This document shows, piece by piece, positions 30,731-38,852 of a stretch of 64,000 nt of DNA (position 1 is its first letter; each line of letters begins with the position of its first letter). The notes beneath the pieces are model-generated. The model did no database searches, was not told the origin of the DNA, and saw only the letters and a program-made list of their open reading frames with translations. Both the position numbers and the translations under genes were made by a program. This stretch comes from Deltaproteobacteria bacterium (lineage in GTDB: Bacteria; Bdellovibrionota_B; Oligoflexia; Oligoflexales; Bog-1112). The stretch spans positions 4,246-68,245 of the forward strand of contig JACPKR010000004.1 in NCBI GenBank assembly GCA_016186945.1, read 5' to 3'.

Positions 30731-30737
30731 TGATGCT

Positions 30738-31880
30738 CTAGGAAAGCATGGAATCCACGAATTCCTTGGCGTTGAATTGCCTCAAATCGGCAGCCTTTTC
30801 CCCTACACCGATGTAGCGTATGGGCACTTGGAATTCATCCGAGAGGCCTATAATGACCCCGCCCTTCGCTGTCCCGTCGAGTTTGGTCACGCAGATACCC
30901 GACAGGTTGACGACCTCCTTAAACGCTCGTACTTGGAGAAAGGCGTTCTGTCCTGTTGTCGCATCAATGACGAGGAAGGTTTCGTGGGGGGCGTTTGGAA
31001 TTTCTCTACTGATGACGCGCTTGATTTTTCCGAGTTCGTCCATCAGGTATTGTTTGTTGTGGAGGCGACCGGCTGTGTCGATCAGAAGGATCTGGGTCCC
31101 CCGTGCTTTCGCTGCTTTGATCGCGTCGAAGGCAACAGCTGCGGGATCGCTCCCTTCCTGGTGGGCGATCACCTTCACTCCAAGTCTGTCTCCCCAGATT
31201 TTCAGTTGGTCGATAGCTGCTGCTCGATAGGTGTCGGCAGCGCATAGCATGACCGAATGGTTTTCGGCAAGGAAATGGGCGGCGAGTTTCCCGATGGTTG
31301 TTGTTTTCCCAACACCGTTAACTCCGACCACGAGAATGACGAGGGGTTCGTTTTCTGCTGCGGTTGCGGTGTTTGGTGTGATGCTGAGGATTTTCTCAGC
31401 TTCCTGCGAAAGGATATCTCGGATTTGTTCCCACGTCAGAACCGAGGATTCCTTCAGTGTTTTGTTCACGTGGGAGATAAGTTTTTCGGTTGTTCTAACG
31501 CCGATGTCTGAGCGGTAGAGGATTTCGTGAATGGAGTCGAGAGTGTCAGCATCGAGGTTTGCTTTTGAGTTGAGCAGTGTTTCAAAATGGGAGCGTAGGG
31601 AGTCTCTTGTTTTGCTGAGTCCGTTTCTCAGGCGTTGAAGCCAGGCTTGGGAGTTGAGATGTCGTATCTCCTCAATATCCTGGGGCAAGCTAGCTCGCTC
31701 TTCTGCTTCTGTTGCAAGTTCATCACGTTTCTCACCTGGCTGTTCTGTCTTTTTGCGGGAAGATAAAACATAATAAGAAAGCAGGAGGAGCACAATCACT
31801 GAGACGATCAGGGCAAGTAGGCCCCAGAAAAGTTCCGGCTTTGCTTTCAAGGCGTCTATAAGGTTTAAATAATTAGGCAT
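30738..31880 (-). CDS. ftsY: Signal recognition particle receptor FtsY
   Basis: An N-terminal TM plus an acidic region, then the NG domain with GVNGVGKTTTIGKLA, DTAGRLHN and TKLDGTAKGG. Confidence 0.96.
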   Translation of the reverse strand: MPNYLNLIDALKAKPELFWGLLALIVSVIVLLLLSYYVLSSRKKTEQPGEKRDELATEAEERASLPQDIEEIRHLNSQAWLQRLRNGLSKTRDSLRSHFETLLNSKANLDADTLDSIHEILYRSDIGVRTTEKLISHVNKTLKESSVLTWEQIRDILSQEAEKILSITPNTATAAENEPLVILVVGVNGVGKTTTIGKLAAHFLAENHSVMLCAADTYRAAAIDQLKIWGDRLGVKVIAHQEGSDPAAVAFDAIKAAKARGTQILLIDTAGRLHNKQYLMDELGKIKRVISREIPNAPHETFLVIDATTGQNAFLQVRAFKEVVNLSGICVTKLDGTAKGGVIIGLSDEFQVPIRYIGVGEKAADLRQFNAKEFVDSMLS

Positions 31881-31958
31881 ATTATCTCATTTTCTTCATG
31901 GTTGGATCAATGATGGCTGAGAAGACTAGCACAGTGAATTGAGGGAGTGAACTTAAAG

Positions 31959-32684
31959 ATGAGGGTCAAGGGGTGGACAATTTGCTTTGTATTAGCGTTA
32001 TCAGGCCTGACAGAGACCTTGCGGGGGCAGGGGCTTTCTGAGGATGGCGTTATTCCTGAGGCACCGGTATTCCAGGAGCGAGGTGGGGAGGGGTGGATAT
32101 TGATGCCGACTCGTTGGGACCACAATATCGGCATTACTTTTGGGATGAGCCGAGGGACCTGGGAACTGGAGGGCTTGGATCCTGTAAGGGGCCAGCAATT
32201 TCCTTCCCAAGCTTTTTTGGGAAAAGTGCAGTACACGTTTCATCTACCGATCGTAGGAAACCTTGGATATGTTCTGGGGTCGTCCCTCGGATATTACTTG
32301 GAAGAAGGTCGTTATCATGATGAATTGCACAGGGTGTCGTCGATCCACTTCCCCGGTATACATTTGGGTCTGGTGTTGAATGTCACCCCCGGTCTGCGCG
32401 TTGAGGGAGCTTTCGAAACTTACCTGGAGCGCATAGACGAGTTGGCTTTAGACACGAAGGAAGGGCGAAAGAAAATCAGTATGACTATGCGGCCGGATTA
32501 TGATCTGATGCTAAGCATGGATATGTTCTACAGCCTGCACTGGGGGGTAAGGGTGGAATGGCACAAAAGAAGGGTTTCCAACACTCCCCCTCGCGAGTCA
32601 GAAGGTCAGATTGTAGATTCCCTGATACGAAAAAAAGACAATTGGATTGCCGTAGGATTCATTTTTCACTTTTTTGCTGGATGA
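31959..32684 (+). CDS. Hypothetical secreted / outer-membrane protein
   Basis: MRVKGWTICFVLALSGLTETLRGQ is a signal-like N-terminus, and the body is strand-rich and aromatic. I recognised no family. Confidence 0.45.
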   Translation: MRVKGWTICFVLALSGLTETLRGQGLSEDGVIPEAPVFQERGGEGWILMPTRWDHNIGITFGMSRGTWELEGLDPVRGQQFPSQAFLGKVQYTFHLPIVGNLGYVLGSSLGYYLEEGRYHDELHRVSSIHFPGIHLGLVLNVTPGLRVEGAFETYLERIDELALDTKEGRKKISMTMRPDYDLMLSMDMFYSLHWGVRVEWHKRRVSNTPPRESEGQIVDSLIRKKDNWIAVGFIFHFFAG

Positions 32685-32700
32685 AAAAGCATTATTTTTC

Positions 32701-32730
32701 TTGGCCTGTTTCCTTTTTCGCATATATAAT
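32701..32730 (+). promoter_or_regulatory. Candidate sigma70-type promoter of the HU-like gene
   Basis: TTGGCC (32701-32706), an 18-nt spacer, then TATAAT (32725-32730), 35 nt upstream of ATG 32765. Confidence 0.4.
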
Positions 32731-32764
32731 TCAATATTAATCATCACCACAGAGGAGAAAAGGA

Positions 32765-33226
32765 ATGGCCAAACAGAAAAAAAGGGCACAAAAAAAAGGT
32801 ACTACGAAAGCTCAAGGGGCTAAGAAACGAACCGCATCAAAAACATCGACAAATAAAGGAAAGAAAACGATGAAGACAACAAAAGAGGTTCAACCAGTTT
32901 CCAGGATTGCTAAATCTGCTAACAAGGCACGCACAAAAAGTGAAATTGTGCGACTCTTGGCGGAGAGCACAGGCCTTTCCAAGAGGGAAGTGGATACAGT
33001 GTTCGGCAGTCTTTCTGAGTTGATCGGCATGGATGTCGGGAAGAAAGGACCAGGTGTGTTCAGTGTTCCCGGTCTTATGAAGATTGTTCGCGTGAGCAAG
33101 CCTGCGACAAAAGCTCGCAAAGGAGTCAATCCTTTCACCGGTGAAGAAACCGTATTCAAAGCAAAGCCAGCACGCAATGTTGTCAAAGTCAGAGCACTTA
33201 AGGCTTTGAAAGACATGGTGAAGTAG
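32765..33226 (+). CDS. HU/IHF-family DNA-binding protein with a ~55-aa lysine-rich N-terminal extension
   Basis: The C-terminal ~95 aa match the HU fold pattern (SEIVRLLAESTGLSKREVDTVFGSL..., RKGVNPFTGEETVFKAKPARNVVKVRALKALKDMV). The N-terminus MAKQKKRAQKKGTTKAQGAKKRTASKTSTNKGKK is histone-H1-like low complexity. Confidence 0.85.
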   Translation: MAKQKKRAQKKGTTKAQGAKKRTASKTSTNKGKKTMKTTKEVQPVSRIAKSANKARTKSEIVRLLAESTGLSKREVDTVFGSLSELIGMDVGKKGPGVFSVPGLMKIVRVSKPATKARKGVNPFTGEETVFKAKPARNVVKVRALKALKDMVK

Positions 33227-33237
33227 GCCACGAGGGG

Positions 33238-34119
33238 TCAGGACTTTCTCCTCTCGGAGCCTTTCTCTCGAGGATCAAAGATATCCCGAAGACTATCCCC
33301 TAAGAAATTAAAAGCCAGCACTACTACGGCAATCATCATTCCCGGAATGATGCTTAAGTTCGGTGCCTCGGTTAGAACTGCCCTGCCCTGAAAAAGCAGG
33401 CTTCCCCACGTCGGGGTTGATGAGTTTGCTCCGAGGCCCAAAAAACTTAAACTCGCCTCGACGATAATCACGCCAGATAGTGAAAATGTTGCAGACACGA
33501 GTAATGGTGTCCACAGGAAGGGGAGTATATGCTTGGTGAGCAGTCGGAAGGATCCAGCACCCAGGGAACGTGAGGCAAGAACATGGTCTCGCTCACGCAG
33601 ACTTAAGACTTGCCCCCTGACAAGACGCGCTGTTCCCGTCCACCCCGTCACACTTATCGCCAGAATGACGTTGTGAACGCTTGGTCCGAGGATCGACGAG
33701 AGGGACATCGCAAGAAGTATGCCAGGAAAGGCCATAAGTATGTCAACAAGACGCATGATCAGAATGTCGGTAATTCCCCCCCAGTAGCCCGCAATCAATC
33801 CAAGGCTTACGCCTAAAATACTCGATAGCGCAACCGTCAAAACAGCTATATAGAGCGTGATACGTGAGCCTAAGATTACAGCACTGAAAACGTCCCGCCC
33901 GAGTGTGTCACAACCAAACGGGTGCGCAGCATTCGGTGGGCATAAGCGAAGGCTTAAATTGATTTCCTCAGGGTCAACCCAGATTAAGAAATTACCCAGT
34001 AGTGCTGATCCAAAAAATAAAACAAGGATAAGTGACGCAAACAGAAAACGAGGGTTTCTAAGCGCCTTTCGTAAGTGTCGGCCCGCTTTGGGAACATGAC
34101 TAAGCGTTGCTTTACGCAT
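33238..34119 (-). CDS. ABC transporter permease, DppC/OppC-like
   Basis: A 293-aa polytopic ORF with an N-terminal region and EAA-loop layout typical of peptide/nickel-type permeases. It shares an ATGA-type junction with the upstream permease gene. Confidence 0.85.
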   Translation of the reverse strand: MRKATLSHVPKAGRHLRKALRNPRFLFASLILVLFFGSALLGNFLIWVDPEEINLSLRLCPPNAAHPFGCDTLGRDVFSAVILGSRITLYIAVLTVALSSILGVSLGLIAGYWGGITDILIMRLVDILMAFPGILLAMSLSSILGPSVHNVILAISVTGWTGTARLVRGQVLSLRERDHVLASRSLGAGSFRLLTKHILPFLWTPLLVSATFSLSGVIIVEASLSFLGLGANSSTPTWGSLLFQGRAVLTEAPNLSIIPGMMIAVVVLAFNFLGDSLRDIFDPREKGSERRKS

Positions 34120-35036
34120 TAGAACTTCACCCTTGGGTCTACCACCTTGTAGAAAAGGTCCGTGACTAAATTGACAATAAGATATCCACTTGAGAAAAAT
34201 AGGACACAGCCCTGGACAAGGGGATAGTCTCGATTTCCCAACGCATCGAGAATGAGAGTCCCCAGCCCAGGCCAGTCGTAAATTTTCTCCGTTACGACGG
34301 CTCCCGTTAAAAGGACACCGAATTGCAAGCCTAATATGGTGACAAGAGGTAACGAGGCGTTCCTGAGAACGTGTTTAAAAATCACAAAGAAAGGGTGAGC
34401 CCCTTTGGCCCGCGCTGTGCGTACGTAATCTTCCCTGAGCGTATCTAAAATGGAGTTGCGTGCCATACGACTTATGATTGCGGCAAGGGAAGTCCCTATC
34501 GTCAGAGCAGGAAGAATAAAATGCGTCCAGTTTCCCATCCCGGAAACCGGAAGCATGTTCATATGAATTGAGAAGAGCAAAATCAGCATGGGGCCAAGCC
34601 AAAAGTTGGGAATGGCAACCCCCAGGAGGGCGAAGGTCATGGCCAAATGATCCGAAAAGCGGTCTTTTCGCAAAGCCCCTAAAACCCCCAGGGGGAGGCC
34701 CATAACAATAGCGACCAGAAGCGAGGCCAAGGCGAGTTCCAGAGTCGGCGGTAAACGTTCCAGCAGCAAACTGAGCACAGGACGGTTGTAAATCAAGGAC
34801 TTGCCAAGATTTCCATGGAAGAGGCCCTCAATATACTTGAAGATCTGCTGATAGATGGGTAGATTTAATCCCAGCTGGGTACGTACAAGCTGTTTTGCTT
34901 CCGCCGTCGCAAAATCCCCCAACATGAGGTCCACAGGGTCTCCCGGGACCAAGTGAATCATCAAGCTGATGATTATAACCACACCTAAGGCGACGGGTAT
35001 TAGAGTTAACAGTCGATTCAAAATGAAAGAAAACAT
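34119..35036 (-). CDS. ABC transporter permease, DppB/OppB-like
   Basis: MFSFILNRLLTLIPVALGVVIIISLMIHLVPGDPVDLMLG is the canonical DppB/OppB N-terminus, followed by the EAA region YVRTARAKGA. Confidence 0.88.
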   Translation of the reverse strand: MFSFILNRLLTLIPVALGVVIIISLMIHLVPGDPVDLMLGDFATAEAKQLVRTQLGLNLPIYQQIFKYIEGLFHGNLGKSLIYNRPVLSLLLERLPPTLELALASLLVAIVMGLPLGVLGALRKDRFSDHLAMTFALLGVAIPNFWLGPMLILLFSIHMNMLPVSGMGNWTHFILPALTIGTSLAAIISRMARNSILDTLREDYVRTARAKGAHPFFVIFKHVLRNASLPLVTILGLQFGVLLTGAVVTEKIYDWPGLGTLILDALGNRDYPLVQGCVLFFSSGYLIVNLVTDLFYKVVDPRVKF

Positions 35037-35130
35037 GTTGGAGACGTACCTTGGTTTTTAGATTGACTTAAACAGGATGCTTAGGGCATCAATGACAAAC
35101 TGACGAACAGTTTCCGAGAACCTACATATA

Positions 35131-35297
35131 TATAGTATTTGGGAAAAAGAATTTGTGAAGAGGGCCTTTTTTGGAAAAAAGTTCCCCTCCACACCTCCCC
35201 CCAAAAAACTTTAGATATTGAAGTTTTTGAAAAGGGGCTTGGGGATAGAACTTTTTTCAAAAAGTTTTTCCCCAAATTGATTATCTTGAATACTATA
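35131..35297 (+). repeat. Family B repeat, full-length copy (167 bp) with 9-bp terminal inverted repeats
   Basis: It runs tatagtatt...aatactata. The interior has three T-run/A-run palindromes separated by cccctccacacctcccccc and ggggcttgggg. It is about 90% identical to the inverted copy at 49422-49586. Confidence 0.88.
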
Positions 35298-35382
35298 GTT
35301 TAATTTTAAATTCGAATCTAGTGTAGCGGCTTCCGGTCCTTTTTCACTTTTGTTCACGATAATTAAATAATAAGGAGAAACT

Positions 35383-35793
35383 TTGAGTCGAACAGATTTG
35401 CTTTCGGAAAGTTCAAACGTTCCTAAAAAGGACAACGAAAATGTCCTTTCCCTTCATTTGTCCTCTGCCCTTCTTCGGAAACTTACAGAGAAAGCAGCAG
35501 TGGAAGGCATAGGGGTCAACGATCTGGCAAGTGAACTTCTAGCAGAGGGACTTGTCCTACGAGCTTGGGAGATCGTAGAGAAAAAAAATGCGATGCGTGG
35601 GCCAAGCGACCAGGCTTCCCAGTACGGTAAGAATCGAGGCCAGAAGACAGGTTTTCGTAACAATAACAACTATGGCCGCAAACAAACAGATTCCTCGTCT
35701 CGTTATAACCAACAGAGTTACAAAAATATTATGGAAGATGGGGCAAGCTTTCTGGAGTACGTCCGCAGTCAGGAGAAAGGAAAGAGGGTCTGA
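35383..35793 (+). CDS. Small protein with a ribbon-helix-helix-like N-terminus and a disordered basic/polar tail
   Basis: TTG start after AAGGAG. VLSLHLSSALLRKLTEKAAVEGIGVNDLASELLAEGL resembles CopG/Arc-type RHH. The tail is rich in R/G/N/Q/S. The 3' end overlaps the convergent PPTase gene by 65 nt. Confidence 0.45.
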   Translation: MSRTDLLSESSNVPKKDNENVLSLHLSSALLRKLTEKAAVEGIGVNDLASELLAEGLVLRAWEIVEKKNAMRGPSDQASQYGKNRGQKTGFRNNNNYGRKQTDSSSRYNQQSYKNIMEDGASFLEYVRSQEKGKRV

Positions 35794-36466
35794 ACGGAAA
35801 AACAAGACCCCACAAAACCGTGACGAAGAGTCGTTCCTGTGGCGATTCTATCCAGGTGAAGGAACCTTTAAATTTTGAGCCTGAGGGGAAACTGGGTAGA
35901 GCCTTCAATAGTTGGATAGAGAAACTTTTTTCTGCCCACCCGATTTCAATGATCCGAGCGTCTTGAAAACCGAACCAGGTCTGTGAGCGTGGGTAACAGT
36001 ATTTAAACAAAGACTCCTTTGCGGAAAAGATGAGTGATAGCACGTCTTGATGTGACCGCTCGGAATTAGTAAGCAACGCAAGATCGTCGGTGTGGCAGAT
36101 ATGCGATTGAATCGACGGGGAGATTTTTGCGGGAATCTCAATATCGATCCCCAGATCAGGGTACCCTTGCTCTGATGATGTGACTACAACGACGTGTCCG
36201 TTCTTGTGCGAGACGGACCCTCGGATTCCTTCGGGCCAGACAGGCATTCCTCCAGTATCTTTCAAGACGGGGCCCATCTCCGGGTTCAATGCATGAAGGA
36301 GCCAGCGGCCTTTCAGAAATTCATCCCGTCTTCCCTGATGTCTGTAGCTTTCCACAAGCCTTTTTTCCTCCATAGGGAGATCTTTTAATTCTTCCTTGCC
36401 TAGTTTAGAACACTTGTCAAGGTAGGCAACAGAGAGAGGGCCAAGTTGAAAGGTGTGAAACTTCAT
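35729..36466 (-). CDS. 4'-phosphopantetheinyl transferase (Sfp/EntD-type)
   Basis: Motifs GMPVWPEGIRGSVSHKNGHVVV, LGIDIE and FSAKESLFK. The start overlaps the orn stop by 4 nt. Confidence 0.8.
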   Translation of the reverse strand: MKFHTFQLGPLSVAYLDKCSKLGKEELKDLPMEEKRLVESYRHQGRRDEFLKGRWLLHALNPEMGPVLKDTGGMPVWPEGIRGSVSHKNGHVVVVTSSEQGYPDLGIDIEIPAKISPSIQSHICHTDDLALLTNSERSHQDVLSLIFSAKESLFKYCYPRSQTWFGFQDARIIEIGWAEKSFSIQLLKALPSFPSGSKFKGSFTWIESPQERLFVTVLWGLVFPFRPSFLSPDCGRTPESLPHLP

Positions 36467-37089
36467 GTGTTCTCGGAGGGGGCCTTGAAGATGGTTTGAC
36501 GGAAAAACTTCAACTCCTCAATACTTTCTCTAATATCATCCATCGCTCGATGAGCATCTTGTTTTTTCGGGATTTTAATTTTTGGATACCAGGACTGGCA
36601 TAGAAGTTTAGCACTGCTCACATCGACCATCCGGTAGTGAAGGAGTTCATCCAGACGGGGCATGTGTTTTATGATAAACCGTCGATCATGCCAGATGCTG
36701 TTCCCGGCAAGGATTGCTTTTTCCTTCAACGAGAAATAGTTGCTTAAGAAATTCAGGAGCTGATCCTCTGCTTCTTTTATACTTGTTGAGGAGTGGATGG
36801 CTTTTTCCCATAGTCCGGATTTGGAGTGGTGTTTTTGGTTCCATTTATCCATACGAGCAAATACATCAGCCTCATGCTTAATGACAAACTCAGGAGCAGT
36901 ATCGAGTATCTCCAGGTGTTTATCGGTCACGATTGCGGCGATTTCGAGGATGGAGTCGGTTTCCGGAAAAAGTCCCGTCATTTCCATATCGACCCAAAGG
37001 AAATACTTCCGCGATATTTTGTTTTCCGCCAAACGGGACTCCCTGCTGCAAGGAGGGGACCTTCGCCATAGGTCGTGGAAGGGGGCCAC
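36463..37089 (-). CDS. orn: Oligoribonuclease (start uncertain: GTG 37089 or a downstream in-frame TTG at about 37030 preceded by AGGGAG)
   Basis: FLWVDMEMTGLFPETDSILEIAAIVTD ... AGNSIWHDRRFI ... HRAMDDIRESIEELKFF is the DEDDh Orn signature. Confidence 0.9.
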   Translation of the reverse strand: MAPFHDLWRRSPPCSRESRLAENKISRKYFLWVDMEMTGLFPETDSILEIAAIVTDKHLEILDTAPEFVIKHEADVFARMDKWNQKHHSKSGLWEKAIHSSTSIKEAEDQLLNFLSNYFSLKEKAILAGNSIWHDRRFIIKHMPRLDELLHYRMVDVSSAKLLCQSWYPKIKIPKKQDAHRAMDDIRESIEELKFFRQTIFKAPSENT

Positions 37090-37119
37090 CTCTCTATTTT
37101 CAATACGACGAAATTAACC

Positions 37120-37203
37120 TATAGTATTTGAGAAAAAGAATTTGTGGAGAGTACCTTTTTTGAAAAAAAGTTTTTCCCAAAATTGATTATCTTGAATACT
37201 ATA
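37120..37203 (+). repeat. Family B repeat, internally deleted copy (84 bp) retaining both termini
   Basis: tatagtatttgagaaaaagaatttgtggagagtaccttttttgaaaaaaagtttttcccaaaattgattatcttgaatactata equals the two ends of the 35131-35297 copy joined at the repeated aaaaagtt motif. Confidence 0.85.
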
Positions 37204-37245
37204 CAATAACGTTTTGGACAAAAGATTTTCACATACGGAGTGCTC

Positions 37246-38319
37246 ATGAACAGTTTTCACCATGTTCTATCGATCGCGATATTTCTGGCATCGTTCCTAA
37301 CGGTGTCGAGTCAGGCTCAGGCAAACAAGTCACCAGCCTACAAAGTCTATGGCGAAACAGTGACTCTTGGTGATGCGAAAAAGAAGGATATTTCCACCTT
37401 CTATGAACTTGACAAGAAAGCTTATGACCGCGTTCAGGAAATGGCTCACCAGGACTATTTAGACAGATTCTGGACGAAAATCGCAACGGACCAAAAAACC
37501 TCGGTGGAAAAAGCCAAGGAAAAGTATTTGGCGGATAAGATCAAAGTCAGCGACAAGGAAATCGCAGAAATCCTGATAAAATTCAAAGATCATCCCCAGC
37601 TCAGTAAGCTTTCTGCCGATGAACAGCGAAGTCAGGTTGTCAGTTATCTGGGTGAAAGAGAGAAGCAAAGAATTTACGAGGGAATCATCTCAAACGCGAT
37701 TCAGTCGGGTGATCTGGTCGTTCTGCTTCCTCAGCCTGAGGAACCTGTCTATCAGCTGACATACTGGGACAACGACCATGTGCGCTACGGGCCGGAGGTG
37801 TCGGACACAAAACCCGTTAACTGCAAGGGCAACGACTGCCCCGTAACTGTCGTTGAATATTCTGAGTTCCAGTGTCCCTTCTGCGGCAAAGTGGTTCCGG
37901 ATACAAAAAGAGTTATGAGCGAATACAAAGGGAAGATCCGATGGATCGTGAGGGATTTTCCTCTCGACAGCATCCATGCACGCGCCAGACCCGCTGCCAT
38001 AGCTGCTAAGTGTTCGCAAAAGCAGGGGAAATATTGGGAATACTACAATAAACTGTTCGACAATCAACGCGCTCTTTCCGACCAGGACCTTGAAAAATAC
38101 GCAAAGGAAATCAGTCTCGATCTTGGCAAATTCAAAAAATGTCTCAGCAGTGATCAGGCGGAAGTGACGGCCTTGATCGATCGAAATTTCAACTCTGGGC
38201 GGGATTTTGGGGTAACGGGAACTCCAACGTTCTTCATAAATGGTCGAAAAGTCTCGGGAGCCCTTGGGTTTGGCGAATTTAAGCGGATGATCGACGAAGA
38301 GTTGGCGAAGAAAAAGTAA
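37246..38319 (+). CDS. Periplasmic DsbA-family thiol:disulfide oxidoreductase with an N-terminal chaperone-like extension
   Basis: Signal peptide MNSFHHVLSIAIFLASFLTVSSQAQA, the thioredoxin motif EFQCPFCGK, and a C-terminal GTPTFFINGRKV. Confidence 0.8.
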   Translation: MNSFHHVLSIAIFLASFLTVSSQAQANKSPAYKVYGETVTLGDAKKKDISTFYELDKKAYDRVQEMAHQDYLDRFWTKIATDQKTSVEKAKEKYLADKIKVSDKEIAEILIKFKDHPQLSKLSADEQRSQVVSYLGEREKQRIYEGIISNAIQSGDLVVLLPQPEEPVYQLTYWDNDHVRYGPEVSDTKPVNCKGNDCPVTVVEYSEFQCPFCGKVVPDTKRVMSEYKGKIRWIVRDFPLDSIHARARPAAIAAKCSQKQGKYWEYYNKLFDNQRALSDQDLEKYAKEISLDLGKFKKCLSSDQAEVTALIDRNFNSGRDFGVTGTPTFFINGRKVSGALGFGEFKRMIDEELAKKK

Positions 38320-38364
38320 AGATTTTCATGGCCTTGACGATACGAAGGAAAGAACCCTCGTGGA

Positions 38365-38820
38365 GTGAAGGTCATGGGCGGAAGAGAACATCGTCGAACC
38401 CTTCGTATTAGTCTCCAGAAACCTCTACAGGTGATCATTGGATCCATTGGGTCTGATGTCCGTTACGATTTGGAGACACGAGATATTTCTACCCGGGGGT
38501 TCTTTCTGGAATTCGAGAAGCCGGGGCGTTTCCCCTTCACAAGTTCCAGTATCATGGAAATATGGCTGGAGCTATCCCCGGGGGATTCGATTTTTTTCAA
38601 CGGAAAGATGGCCAGAGTTGTCTTGCCCGCAGAAGCAGAAAGTCAAGGGACTAACCCCGGAATAGCCGTGCGTATCGTCCAAATCGAGCCTGAGGAAGAA
38701 AAGAGATTGGCGGATTTCGTGCAGGCTCAAGAAGACGAAGCGATTAAGGCAGAGGAAGAAGAAGAGAAAAAAGGTAAGAAAACCCCACCAGCTCCCCCAA
38801 AATCCAACGCTGTGGCATAA
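38365..38820 (+). CDS. PilZ-domain c-di-GMP-binding protein with an acidic/lysine-rich tail
   Basis: RRTLR (RxxxR) and DISTRGFF (DxSxxG) motifs with the correct spacing. GTG start. Confidence 0.75.
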   Translation: MKVMGGREHRRTLRISLQKPLQVIIGSIGSDVRYDLETRDISTRGFFLEFEKPGRFPFTSSSIMEIWLELSPGDSIFFNGKMARVVLPAEAESQGTNPGIAVRIVQIEPEEEKRLADFVQAQEDEAIKAEEEEEKKGKKTPPAPPKSNAVA

Positions 38821-38852
38821 TGAGAAGCAGGTACTAGATAAGGAGTTAGAGA

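Noticed and set aside
30537-31247. A 236-aa plus-strand ORF starting in the family A repeat and running antisense to ftsY
   Set aside because: Its first third is a translation of the repeat, and the rest is a shadow frame of the well-supported ftsY gene. It has no motifs of its own.
35081-35275. A small ORF inside family B (MGKNFLKKVLSPSPFSKTSISKVFWGEVWRGTFFQKR...), with a near-identical peptide in ORF 49354..49587
   Set aside because: The conservation simply reflects the DNA repeat. The start codons lie outside the repeats and are not conserved, and there is no SD. The sequence is low complexity, and the two deleted copies destroy the frame. I treat it as non-coding.
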